Below, piece by piece: positions 43,316 to 55,700 of a stretch of 64,000 bases of DNA. This DNA comes from Pyrinomonadaceae bacterium (GTDB lineage Bacteria; Acidobacteriota; Blastocatellia; Pyrinomonadales; Pyrinomonadaceae), in contig JBIOUJ010000262.1 of the NCBI GenBank assembly GCA_044867025.1, positions 717 to 64,716 of the forward strand, in the 5' to 3' direction. A model generated the notes under the pieces. The model ran no database searches, was not told the origin of the DNA, and saw only the letters and a list, made by a program, of their open reading frames with translations. Every line of letters begins with the position of its first letter. The stretch's first letter is position 1. The position numbers and the translations under genes were made by a program.

Positions 43316-45129
43316 GTCTGCAAGTTTGCATTTTGGGAATCGACGGCAGTGGAAAGAGTACGGTGGCGGCAGCATTGCCCAGCATCCTCGCGGCAGAAAC
43401 CGGCTTCGTGGTGGGCTCTGCTGGTGACTCATTTCAGATTGTTGCGCCAGATCAGGATCATCTCGCTGCGCGGTTTTACCCTGACGGGCTTTGTATGTCA
43501 GCTCGGCTCGCAATCAGATTCAGGCGTTTAGCAAAGAAGCTGGTGGACCACCCGAAACTCTACGCTGTCGTGAAGCTTGCGCACATGCTGACACAGGACA
43601 GCGCGGCAAAAGCTTTGGCGCGGCGCTATGGCACGAAAGCTTTCGTGAGTGACGGCAATGCGTTTTTGTCTACCACGGGTCGAGCGAGCAATTACCTGCG
43701 AGCTGCGAGCTCAGACGATAGCGCAGGTGTGCCTGCTCCTGATGCCGAAGATCTCAAGGCTGTCTTCTCATACATTCTCGACGATAAGCCAGTACCGGCG
43801 AAAAACAGCGAGAAGCTTCCTTCACTCCGCAAAGGTAAACTCATCTACAAACTCAACAACACGCTCGGACTAAATGGCGCATGGTTACCGAATGTCTTGA
43901 TCTTTCTCGACGTGTCGCCGGAGCTCGCAGTGTCGCGAATCAGATCTCGTGGGAAGAAGATCGATAAACACGAGAACCTCGCGGACCTCACTCAAGCGCG
44001 TGAGATGTACCTCAAAACGGTGCAGGCCTTTGAGTCCTACAACGCCAGGCCGTGCGCTCATGTGATCCGTATTGATGACCTATCACTCGGAGAGACTCTG
44101 AACGCCGTTGTCGAAGCGCTCAAACCGCATCTGATGTCCACTGATGCCGTAGACCGAACATCCATCGCGTCGCTGGGCACCACGGATCTCGAAGACGAGA
44201 CAATTCGTGGAAAGACTCTCAATCACCGTTACCTGTTTCGATATCTTTTGCCGAAATGGTTTACGGGCGCGTGGCGTGAGCCGACGTTTTTCTTTTCAAA
44301 GCTCGGGCGGCTGTTCTTGAAGGAAGGTTACTCTGCCGGCGTGATGCGGGTAATTTACGATCGTGATGAGAAAGACTATGGCTTTCTCGATCGCGTCTTC
44401 CTGGAATACTCGCTGCACCGCGCGGTGTACGATCGGCTACAAATTCTCGTCCGAAAAATTCAGCCTGAGATGGAGGCGCGCCTTGCGAGGGGTGGTGAGC
44501 TCAGGATCTTCACCGCGCCGAGTGGTTTTGCTTACGACCTGTTTCGACCGCTTGAAGATATCGCTCGGCGCGATCGGGAGGCGATGAAGCGCGTGCACGT
44601 AACTGCCGCTGACCTGGATCCTCACGCCGTGCTGCAAGAAGAGTTAAGCGCTCGAGCAACACGACTCCGTATTCACTTCACGTTCCATCGCGGTGATATC
44701 ACAGACGCGAGTATGCTGGAACGGCTCGAGCAAACAGCGCCGTTCGATCTCGCTCTTTTCGTCGGACTCTCGAGCTGGTTGCCTAAGCCGCAGACGCTGC
44801 GACACCTCGCGTGGTTACGCAGAAATTTAGATGACGAAGGCCGGCTCGTCACCGACTGCTTTACACCGGAAGCATACGCACTTTCCGGTAGATACATCGG
44901 ATACAAAGCCAACTACTACACTCCTGAAGTTTACAAATCGATGCTCGATTTCTGCGGCTTCGCTGGTTTGGCTGCTGACGTGGAATCTGGTCGCGATCAA
45001 ATCAATCACGTTCTCGTCGCTCAGCCTTCAGTAAGGCCACAAAAAGGCACAAAAAGAACAAGTGAGTTAGCATGGCGCTCGATACATTCAACAAACGGTC
45101 GCGCCCGGCGATCTTCCGTAGACTCGTAG
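43312..45129 (+). CDS. Fusion of a thymidylate-kinase-like P-loop kinase (N-terminal) and a class-I SAM-methyltransferase-like domain (C-terminal)
   Basis: The P-loop is ILGIDGSGKST and the lid-like region is FLDVSPELAVSRIRSRGKK. The C-terminal half has a Rossmann-like motif order: RIFTAPSGFAYDL, AADLDP, RGDITD, DLALFVGLSSWL. Confidence 0.6.
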   Translation: MSLQVCILGIDGSGKSTVAAALPSILAAETGFVVGSAGDSFQIVAPDQDHLAARFYPDGLCMSARLAIRFRRLAKKLVDHPKLYAVVKLAHMLTQDSAAKALARRYGTKAFVSDGNAFLSTTGRASNYLRAASSDDSAGVPAPDAEDLKAVFSYILDDKPVPAKNSEKLPSLRKGKLIYKLNNTLGLNGAWLPNVLIFLDVSPELAVSRIRSRGKKIDKHENLADLTQAREMYLKTVQAFESYNARPCAHVIRIDDLSLGETLNAVVEALKPHLMSTDAVDRTSIASLGTTDLEDETIRGKTLNHRYLFRYLLPKWFTGAWREPTFFFSKLGRLFLKEGYSAGVMRVIYDRDEKDYGFLDRVFLEYSLHRAVYDRLQILVRKIQPEMEARLARGGELRIFTAPSGFAYDLFRPLEDIARRDREAMKRVHVTAADLDPHAVLQEELSARATRLRIHFTFHRGDITDASMLERLEQTAPFDLALFVGLSSWLPKPQTLRHLAWLRRNLDDEGRLVTDCFTPEAYALSGRYIGYKANYYTPEVYKSMLDFCGFAGLAADVESGRDQINHVLVAQPSVRPQKGTKRTSELAWRSIHSTNGRARRSSVDS

Positions 45130-46709
45130 AGGAGCAGTTCGATCTGCTGGTGATCGGTGGAGGCATCACCGGCGCTTCGATATTTCGTGACGCAGCACTA
45201 CGAGGAATGCGAGTCGCACTCGTCGAGGCGAAAGACTTCGCCTCCGCGACGAGCGGGCGTAGCTCCAAACTCATTCACGGCGGACTCCGTTATATAAAAA
45301 ACCTCGGACTCGGCCTTGCGTGGGAATCGTGTCACGAGCGCAACCTTCACATTCGACTCAACAAGCGACTCGTACGTCCACTTCCCTTCCTCGTTCCGCT
45401 ATATGAGAACCGCGGTGAGCCTCGCTGGTTAATGCGTCTCGGCATGCTCGCCTACGAAGCACTCTCCGGATTCAACAATCACCGGTTCCATCACTTCCTG
45501 AATCGCGAAGAGACGCTCTCGTTAGCTCCGGCGCTGCCGACCGAAGGACTGACAGGAGGATGCCTGTACTACGACGCCGTCATCAACGACAGCCGTTGGA
45601 CCATGGAGGTCGTCAAAGACGGAGTAGCAAATGGCGGCGCCGCCGTGAATTATTCACCGGTGACGCAACTCCTGCATGAAGGCCGGCAGATCGCCGGCGC
45701 GCGAGTTCGTGATGAGCTTGGCGGAAATCAGTACGACGTTCGCGCGCGAGTCGTCATCAACGCAACAGGAATCTTTGCCGATCAGATCCGCCGCCTTGAT
45801 GGTCGCACTACGGCAAAGTCTCGTCCGTTGTCGAAGGGTACGCACCTGGTGTTCGCTGAAGAAGACGTGCCACTCTCCACGACGATCGTGTTCGCGTCGC
45901 CGTTGGATGGCCGTTCGCTTTTCCTTGCGAAGCACGAAGAGTGCTTCCTTTTCGGAACTTCGGACCACTGGGAAGAAGCGAGTCCGGACCTGCCGATACC
46001 GGCGCCAACCGACGTCGAATACTTATTGAAATCGCTCAACCAGTTCATGCCCGAAGCGCAACTCGACCGCAGTAAAGTGCAATTTGTTTACAGCGGGTTT
46101 CGTCCGCTGATCTCGAATGGAGACCAGAGCGACTCGTCGTCAGTTACGCGTGAAGATCTCATCGAGATTTCGCCGTCGGGGTTAGTGAGCGTCGTTGGGG
46201 GCAAACTCACGACCGCGCGAATCACAGCAGTACGTGTTCTGGACCGTGTTATGAAACTCACTGGTCGCGATCCCGCGTGGTCTGAGTGCAAGACGCACAA
46301 GGTCTCAATCGGTGGCACAAACGAAGCTGTTGCTGAGAGTCTGGCTTACTGGGTGAGACGTTGTCCGAGGCTTACGTCGTATTTCAGAGTTCTGTATCAG
46401 CGATACGGTCTCGACGCGAATGAGATCTGTGCGGAAGTTGTGCGCATTCACGAGGGCACCGATCCCACAGCCGAACCGATTCGCGCAGAAGTCCAGTACG
46501 TCTGCCGTCACGAAATGGTCTGTACGCTTGAAGATCTGATCGACCGTCGCGCCGGTTTTCTCTACTGGAACGTGGAGAAGCGCCTCGAACGTCTCCGCTA
46601 CGGCGCAAACGTCATCCGCAACGAACTGGACCTGAGCGAACCAGAATTCGAATCCCAATTTCTCGCTTACCGCACGCACCTTGAGCGCTTTCACTCCTTG
46701 CCCGAATAA
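45072..46709 (+). CDS. glpD: FAD-dependent glycerol-3-phosphate dehydrogenase/oxidase
   Basis: DLLVIGGGITGASIFRDAALRGMRVALVEAKDFASATSGRSSKLIHGGLRY is the classic GlpD N-terminus. The length of 545 aa also fits. Confidence 0.8.
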   Translation: MALDTFNKRSRPAIFRRLVEEQFDLLVIGGGITGASIFRDAALRGMRVALVEAKDFASATSGRSSKLIHGGLRYIKNLGLGLAWESCHERNLHIRLNKRLVRPLPFLVPLYENRGEPRWLMRLGMLAYEALSGFNNHRFHHFLNREETLSLAPALPTEGLTGGCLYYDAVINDSRWTMEVVKDGVANGGAAVNYSPVTQLLHEGRQIAGARVRDELGGNQYDVRARVVINATGIFADQIRRLDGRTTAKSRPLSKGTHLVFAEEDVPLSTTIVFASPLDGRSLFLAKHEECFLFGTSDHWEEASPDLPIPAPTDVEYLLKSLNQFMPEAQLDRSKVQFVYSGFRPLISNGDQSDSSSVTREDLIEISPSGLVSVVGGKLTTARITAVRVLDRVMKLTGRDPAWSECKTHKVSIGGTNEAVAESLAYWVRRCPRLTSYFRVLYQRYGLDANEICAEVVRIHEGTDPTAEPIRAEVQYVCRHEMVCTLEDLIDRRAGFLYWNVEKRLERLRYGANVIRNELDLSEPEFESQFLAYRTHLERFHSLPE

Positions 46710-46711
46710 AA

Positions 46712-49700
46712 TCACTTACTCCAGGTCAGCGCCAACCAGAGGTCTGTCACTGTTTGGTCGTCCAGAGTGAGCGTGAGTGTTCCTGTTGAGGGCAACGATT
46801 GGTTGTCGAGTTTGCCATGCTTGAGATTGTTGAGCGAAGGGTCTGGTAAAAGAGAGAGCTGCTGCCCATTCACAGTGCTCTCGACGCCGCCTTTCTCGGT
46901 CCTCGCGTATAAATCAACCCGCTCTATGATCCCGAGAATACCTTTGCTCCAGAACGGATAATGCTCTTCGCGAAGCTCGATAGAGAGTTCTGCAAAGCCC
47001 GACGGATTAGGCGTTGCACCCTTGAATCGTGCCCAATCGTTGGGAAATTCGTGTCGCACCGAGAACAAACGCACGGACCCGACGCCATGAGCCGCTTCAA
47101 TGCCGGCCTTGAGGTTTTCGACCGCGGCTTTTCGCAATGCGGATCCTCCCTCGCGCGCAGTGTACCGGACATGAATGATCACATCGCTGATTGTGTCGTA
47201 GTTGAATTGGCGAACTTCATTGGGCAGCTCGAGGCGCCACTCACTGATCGCGCCCGAACCTTCAAAAGGTAGATATCTCTCGTCGCGCAGGTTTGTCTCG
47301 AACAGGCCACTGTCTCCCTGTCCCGAGCTGGTGACGATCGATTCAAGACTTCCAAAGTGATCGCTGAAGCGGTTGTCATCATCGTCGGCCCGCGCATAAC
47401 CTTTGACGCCAGGCACTGAGCTTCGCCGAATGGAACTCTTCAAAAGCGTCAACGTGCAGTTCACGCTCGAATATGGACCAGACACCGCAGGAATACTCAC
47501 AGAAACAGACTTGAGGCGGCGGAAATAATGTCCGGGGCAGTCGAGATCGAACAACTCTTCCGGCAGCGAGACCGTGCACTGTCCCAGCATGCGAAGCTGC
47601 AACAAGCTTTCCGGATCGAGTTGCAGCAGGCTCGCATGTGTTGTGAGTTCGTATTCGCGTTTAGTGAGATCGTGATACGCCAAATCGAGGCGTATTAGAT
47701 CCAACGATAATCGTTCACCTGAGAGCAGCCCTTTTCTCAGACTGTCCCAATATCCGAATTGTATAAAGTCAGAAGAGGTGAGGCCGAGTTCGTAGCGGTA
47801 AGCCTTCTCCGCTTTTTTAGCCGTGTCGTAGGCAAGCTTATAGCTCTGGAAGAACACGGCTGAGATCTGCGACACCATCCAGCCATAGAGCTCCTCGTTT
47901 GTATATTTGTTCCGCAGGAACTCTTCGACGGCGGCGCTGTTTTCAACCTGCTTCTGGTGGTTTTCGAGCTCTTTTTCCGCGATGGCGAGCTTAATCTCGG
48001 CAGCCGCAATTTGCTTGTCGATTTGATCGAGCTCTTTCTTGGCTATTTTCTCGTGGTGCTTCCATTCCTCCCAGCGACGGTCATAACTTCCTTTGAGAGA
48101 GGCCATGGTTGCATCGAGCGTATGATGGGCCGCAATAAAGTTGAATACCGACGCAACCGCTTGCAACGCGCTGCCCACGTTTGAACCTCCGAATGCAACC
48201 GTCACTCTAGCCATGGGAACGCCTGAAAACCCGCCCGGCGACGTTCCCGCATCAACTTGCGGGACCCCGAACGCGCTTGATGCCGCACCGCTGATCTCCT
48301 GTGCAATTTGATTAAAGGTGTGCGCGGTGCGCAGGCTATCCATATGGGCCTGTTCCTGGTCACTGATGCGATTCAGGTTCTGGTAGTAATCGCGCTGCGC
48401 TTCAGTTACAAGTTTGCCTTTCTTCAGCGCCTCGAGTTCTTCCCTGGCTTGCTGGACCTGCTGCTTTTTTATCTCGGTTATAGCTTCAAGCAAACTAGTC
48501 TCATGGCTCGTGCGAAGAACCCCCAACTCTTCAGCATCTTTCTTTTCCAATGCCGACAACAATGCGCCGCCGAGTGACTTTACTTCCCCGCAAAGCTGCT
48601 GCGCCTTTTGCAGTGTGTAGGTGAATCGATAGTGAGGCGACGCCGAATTTATGTCGTTCATTACGCTGCTCAAATCCAACCCCATCGCCGCGGCCTTCAC
48701 AAGCAGAGCCGGATCGATCGGAGGCTCGAACAACGGCAGTTCGCGCACGACGCCTTCAATGTTCATGCAGTGGCGAATCTTGAACAGCCGGTCTGCGACA
48801 GTGTCCCAATAACCAAGAAGCTTCTCGTTCTTTGGAATGCAAAAATAGAAAGTGTCAGCCGTGCCCAGTCCTTTGTCCTGCTCGTCGCCGTTCGCAGCGT
48901 CATTGCCGGTGAACGGAAACTCATTCTCCAGCGTCACTAACACATTCGAGAATTCGTCCAGCTTAGATCGCAGCTCGTTATACGTTTGGTCCACTTTCTT
49001 CAGCCGCTGCGGTATCTGCTCGGGACGTGGTCCGAGAATGTTATGGGCCATTATGTACAACTGTGTCGCTTCGTTGATTGATTCGATGGTGTCCATTCTG
49101 AATAACTGATCACCCCAGGCGATCAGGTTATCGATATACTTCATAACCACCGTCTTTTGGTAGGCAGTTATCCGCGACCTGGCGATCAGGTGAGGCTTGA
49201 ACGGATCGTTGCGCCACTCTTCGACCTGCCGAACCAACTCGGCATCGCCTGAGTTGAGTGACTCCAGCAGAGTCACGATCTGCTGGTCCTCCGGATGCGC
49301 GTTTTCATGGAACGGCAGGAATTTCCAGAACCGCTGGGGCGACTCTTCTTTAGTCAAACTGTCTGTCGGATTGAAGATGTAGTGAAACCACTTCATCGCT
49401 TCTTCGAATCGTTGATTTTTGCTGAGCCGGTCGGCGATCAATAACGGCGTGTGAAAAAACAACTCCCAGTTGTAGAGCGAATAGGCGCCGCTCAACTCAA
49501 AATCAACGAACTCTTTGGGATAATCCAGTTGGACAACCCACCAAGGTTTGTATATGTCTTCGAAAAACGTCTCAAACGGTTGGCCCTCCCTGCCAAGTCG
49601 CTGAGCGTCCAGAGAAAGTAAGACAGAAATCCCACTTTGATTGAGAATCCTTACCAAGGTGCAAACGTGCGGATGAAAGAACGTGAAAAACTTCAGCTTT

Positions 49701-52700
49701 GGTATCTCGTAGGGTCTTTGCTGAGCCGGCATCACGAGATAGGTTCGGCGGTAGTCTTGATAAAAGAGTACGGCCTGAGCTACGAACCTGGACAGTTGAT
49801 GCGCGTAGACAAGAGAGAAAGTATCCGGAGTCTTTCGAAGCACTGCACGGAGCGTTATGCTGCCGGGTTCTAGTTTCCCATAGCCGGTCACGACACCTAA
49901 ATTCAGCCTCAGCTTGTGGTCCTGTTCACCCGGATTCTCCGTCAGCATCATCGAATCGTTATGTGTATCTGGAGGAGGGACCGGTTGCACCCAACCACCG
50001 GGCGGTTCGATCTGTATTCTCCCGTTACAGCCGATCACGCGGAAGGCTGGACAATCGAACGAAGCACCAACTTCCTCGAGCCAGCCTGCCCAGCTTGGAA
50101 TGATGAGAAGTGAGCCATCTTCAATCCGTGATCTAAAACAATATTCGCTCTTCAGTGTCTCGTTTGGGATATTGAACAGTCCGTTCTTCGGGCCTCGAAA
50201 TTCGTCTGTCGAGATCTTCGCCTGCGATACTCTCCTGGGCGTCCACTTCTTGTTCCTGTATTCACTCCAGGCAAGTCTGATTTCCCAGTGCATAACAGGA
50301 GGTTGAGCCACATCAAACTGCGGATTGGGTAATTCCTGTTCTTTGTCCGGCTTCTCTTCGAAGATGGGCCAATACAGTTGCAAACGACGGTTGTAGACCA
50401 CGGGGATCAGATGATCGCCATCGATGTCGAGGTTTACCTTCTCCCACGGCGTCCATACTCCAGTCGCTACGCGCTGCTTGCGATAGTAATAAATGTGCGG
50501 CGAGTTGAAGGTTCGGCCGACGACATGAAGTATGTCCGAGGGATCTCCCTGCTCCTTCGCTTGCCAGTAGAGTCCGCAGATTTCCAACCGCGCGACTTCG
50601 TCCAGCTTCTCCAGGTAAGTAACAAACGCGTTCTCGACGGTCTCATCCGTCACCTCGTTCTGAAGCAACTGCGTTTCGAGCTCCCTGAAGAACGGGCTCT
50701 TGTCGTCTCGCAATTCCGGTTCGATCCAGTTCTCCGGATAGAGAAAAACCTTTCGGTTGGCTTCCCAAACACGGTAGTACTTCATCCACTTGTTCCAACG
50801 GTCCGCATCGATGTTCGAAGGCTTAACTCCCTGTTCCAGATTCAACAGACAGCGGTGCACGAAGAGCTGCACTGACGAGACCGCCTGCTTGATGCGCGAC
50901 GTCATAAAGCAAGCACTCATATTCACGTCGACGAGGAAATACTCGAAGAGCTGGTTTGAATCCGTAATTCCCTGTTCGACAAGGGCGGGGTCCACGAGGA
51001 TATATGCGATCAGCGCGTCCTTCCGGCGTTCACGCAGGCGATTGTTGAGCGGCTTGGCGACCCCTAGCCACTGCTCTTCATCGTATTTCGCTTTGACTGT
51101 CGTGATTATCTCTTTAGCCTGGCCCGGAGTGGGCTTGTCTGTCGCCCACTTGCGAAGCTGGACCATCGAGGCTCCGAGTCGCTGGCCGAGCGCGACACAT
51201 TCCCATACCTTCACTAGTTTGACTTCGTTTCTGAAGTCGCCGTCTTTTAAATTGAAAGTGTTTGCCAAATCCGCAATTTTGGTTTGGTCCCAACCTGTGG
51301 TTTCGCTCAATATGCCGGCTACCGAGTCGCTCAGCTTATTCTCGACGCTCGCGGCTGCAGCGCTAAACAAGTCGACGAGCCCGTTAGACAACCGGTCGCG
51401 CAAACTGAACAGGTCAAACAAGCGTTCCCACTGCCCGAACAGCACGGTCGGAGCGGGCGGATTCGACTCACCCAGCGCGTTGAAATCGAAATCGACGGAC
51501 TCATTCTTGGCCGGATCGACGACGGCAAAATCGCCTCCGTGAGTCGACAGGTAAGCGACCTCTCCGGCAGTCATTTCGAAACCGTTAATCAACAGAGCGA
51601 TCCTGTTGAGCAGCAGGAACGACTGCCGAAACGCATCGATCGCATTCGGATCAAGTAACGCCAGCCAGTCCGTGCTCGATTGCACAACAGTTTCCAGCAA
51701 CAAAGCCGCAACTGCCGGCTCGAGCTCGAGCGCATCGCTCAGTGTTTGTTTGACGAAGCTGCGGCTGAGCATGTCCTGTACGTACGGAAGAACCTGCGCT
51801 AACACATAAGCGAATTTCTCTTCGGCGGTTTTCTCCTGGTCCAATAGCGTTGGAGGATCCAGTCCCAGGAGTTCCACTTTCGGGTCTTCGAGAAAGTTTT
51901 TCGGCTCGTCAAATAACTGATTGATCGCTTCAGTGTAGGTCTCTTTTATCGACAAGCTTAGCAGGATCGTCTTTTCCCCCTCCGACATCGGCCCGGCGCA
52001 TTGCAATGTCTTCGTAGCATCGTCGTAAGTGATCTTTCCTTTACCTGGTGCGAAGAACTCCAAGTTTTCTATCAGGGGCTTCACCAGCGCCATGTTCGTT
52101 ACGTTTTCCGCGCTCAAGTCAAACAGCGAATTAACCGCAGTCTGGTAGAGCGAATCTTCTGAGAAGGACAGAAGAAGCGACCTCTGACCCTCGGTCATCT
52201 TGCCCAGAAACAGAAGTTGATCCGGCTCGACGTAAGCGAAAGGCGCTGCCGCGTCGACTGAGGCAGGTAGAAACAGTTCCGGAAGTTCAAAGAGCGACGC
52301 GCTATAGATCGCTGAGCCGCTAATCAGCCCGATCATTTCCTCGACTGCTGCACTCTCCCAATTCAACTGCTCCAATTTCTTTCGAGTTAACTCACCCGCC
52401 GGATCCGGCGCCGGCATGTTGTCATCCGCAATCGCTTTCAAGCCGTCTTGCAGTTGAGTGGTCAGCAGCGCAATTTGCTCTTCTGTGGGAGCGAGGCTCT
52501 TTGCAGGTTCCGATGTATCGCGATAGATGTAATTTAGCTGCGCTATGGTATGGCGAGAGCTCCTGATCTTGCGCAATTTCTCAATGAACTTGAGCGTCTT
52601 GGCTGGAGCGCCAAAAGGATCGATAAACTGCTTCAGCACGAGCAGCTCTTTGACCTTGAGTTTTAATCGTTTCGCAAGCAGCGCATGGCGAAAAAGGATC

Positions 52701-55700
52701 GTGAGGTTCGCCAGGTTCAGGGAAGCGTTCTCATCGGACAGGTTTGTAGCTGCGCGTATCGCGGCGAGGTCGTCGGCGTTGATGCCCAGTGCTGCGAGAA
52801 TGGCGGGGACATGGTCAGAAATTAACGCCTGACCTTGCGAATCAGACAGCGCAAAAGCAGGATCCACTGGGTTGAGGACGGCTTTGTTCAGGAAGAGCTT
52901 GTGATAGAGCGCCCCCTCACCAAATGTGTCGATTTCAAACCACAAGCTCAACAGCGCCACCACCGGCAGATCTAATTCCGCCCGCGCCTTTTCAATGTGG
53001 GATAGTTGCTGCAAAACGTTGGTGCTAATGCTGCCGGCCCCCATCGCTATCAGGGCTTTATCCAGCTCTTGAATGGTCCAACCCAGCTTTCGCCACAGTC
53101 GTAGGAATCGATGCACTTTCTGCAGCTCATGGTCCGTCAATGGCTTGCCGTCCCGATGCTGAATCGACGTCTTGCTCAAATCACAAACTGAGTTGGGAGA
53201 GAACAACACGATGAGGTCCGAAGGCAATGGATCCTCTGTTTGACCGGGGTTGATAAAACGCGTCTTGGTCAACTCCACCAGCTCCAAATAGGTGATGCCA
53301 CACCGCTGAAGAACCTCCGGCACCCGTGACAGGTTCGTAAGCCAGTCTTCAGTCTCCGAGACTTTTGTTCCCTTGTCGTCTTTGTGGACATGGACCACCG
53401 TCTCTTTCGAGTGACCAAAGAACTCGCGCGTCGGCTGGGACGCCGTACCAGTAATGATCGCCGCTTCTTCCGGAGTGATCTTGAGATACTCGCACGCAAG
53501 CTCGAAGTCCGATGGTTTCTTGTTGACAGGATTGCCCGCGTTTTGGACGACCTGCATCACTTCATGCCGGCTGCTGCCGAGATGTTCCAGATAGATTCGC
53601 GCGGTCTCCACTGGAAGATTGAAAGGAAGATGAAACGAATGGACCGCCTCGCTGAGCTTGGTATAAGCGCCGTCGCTCGTGTATTGCGGGTTGGCGCTTA
53701 GCTCGTCTGCGGAAAGATCAGTGTTCCTGGCAAGTAGCTCTCCATCTTCCGGTTTAATTCCATTGTGTTCGACGTAGAACTCGAGGATCTCGTTGACGAG
53801 ATCGACGTACGGGAGCGGCGTGTTTGTGTTCTCACATGAAAGCTTGATGTGGGCGAGGTCGGGACGCCGCGCCAGCAACACCTCGAGCGGCTTCACGGTA
53901 GGTTCAGGATACGGCTGGGAAGACGTTGGGATGAATGGCTCCGGTGCTGCTTCCTCATTGATGAACTGCAGCAGGTCGACCAAATAAGCGGCCGGACCGT
54001 AAACCGATCGGCAATGCCGGCAGTCGCAAAGATCGAAGGAACCGAACAACGTTGTCAGATTCGGCAACTTCTTGATGATTGCCTGCACGGTGTGCCCATT
54101 GTGCACCGCGGAAGGAGAGACACCGTTCACCAAATCATTCAAATTGGCCGCAATCGTTGCAGCAGTCGCGACATACTGAGCTGCCTTGTTGTAATAGCGG
54201 TTAGCCTGGTCTTCACCGCCGAGCGCGTCTTTAAAACGGTTCACGAAATTCTGTCTGGTAAGGGCGGCAATCTTATGAGATGAATCGAGCCCTTCGCCCA
54301 TCAGCACTTCCAAATGCTCGTACGTGGGCGCGATGCGAGAGACGCGCTGCATCGCTTTGAGCTGCCGTGTGACCGGCCCGCGCTGCTCTTCAGGTATTTC
54401 GTTGTAGGCAGTCGGGTGTGCGGCGATATAGTTGTCGAGATGCGTGTTGACCAGCTCGAAATCGGGTTCGTTGCCCAGGAATTGGACGACGCCTTTTCGG
54501 ATCGGGTTATCAATGGTCGCCTGGTCTGACTCGCTTGCAAGCGTGCTCCGGTAATCAAACTCCGGGAACATATTGATCTCACGCCGAAGCGAATCGAGCG
54601 ACTGTTTCACCTGCTCCTGTTGGTCCACACTCATACTGCTCAGGTCGAGAGAAGATGGCCGGCTTAGATCGAGATCAGGATTTTGCGCCAACACCTCCGT
54701 TACCAGCGGCGCGTCGATCTGTGACTCACGAGCGACGCCGGCGCTGATAAAAGTAGTCGGGAAGGCGTCGCGCAGTTTTTCGATAATGCCGTTGACATAG
54801 TTTGCAACGTCGCCGTTCTGTTTGTGCTCGGTCGCAGAGCTGTTAACCAGTTCCGTCCACGCTTTAGCGTCCAGTCTGGTGACCAAATCGCGTTGGGATC
54901 GCACAGTTCCTTGCGTGCGCAGATCTTGCAGTGCTTTGACGAGTGGAATGTTATTGTCGGTGAGCTTTGCCATCTGGTGCGCGAACTCGAGATCGTCACC
55001 AGCGCCGTCTTCCAACTCCGAGCGCAACTGGCTCCAGACTTGTTCATCAGGCCCTTCGTTTTCGCTCAAAAAATTCAGGGCCTTCTCCTGTTCTTCGCCG
55101 GAAAGACCTGCAATGCCGAGCAATTGGACTACTGGAAGAGCGGCTGCTCCGTCCGTTGACTGGAGCACCTGTGATCTGACCAACTGCTTCAATTTGTCGA
55201 TCGTCGTTTCGATCTCATCACGCAGCCTGGCAGGAACGATCCGATCATGCAGCGCGCTGACGAGGGCGTCGCGCAGTGACGAGCGGCTCCGAAGGATCAG
55301 CGAGGGAAGATCGGTCGGCAGATCCTTGCGGAACAACGCGTAAAAGACTTCCGGCGACAAACCCGTTGTTTGGGCCAACCGGTGCGCTCTGACCAGGTAC
55401 GCGATACGTTCACGGCGCTGACTGGTCTCGCCGCTTAAAAAAGTAATGTCGTCTTCGGTCAGGTCGGTGAAGGATAATTCCTGTAACAACGGCGTGAGGT
55501 CCTGGACGAGTCGCTCGTATTCTGAAGGCCCTCGGTATGTTTCGTTGTCAACAATGAGATCGATAGTCTCCTCGGCGGCGGCGTTGAAGAGGATTGGAGA
55601 TGAGGCGATTGCGAGTCCGGCGTCGTCGTAGGCTCGGACGTTCAGGTCTGCGCTTTTCTTTTCGGCCCGGCTGAATTGTTCGGCGCTGTATTGAATCTCA

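Noticed and set aside
46707-46714. The 2-nt gap between the convergent stops of glpD and TcA as evidence of a recent island insertion boundary.
   Set aside because: The same zero-gap convergent arrangement occurs between the SDR and glycosidase genes (20136/20137), and a 36-nt convergent overlap occurs at 39175-39210. Tight convergent packing is therefore a habit of this genome rather than a signature of insertion.
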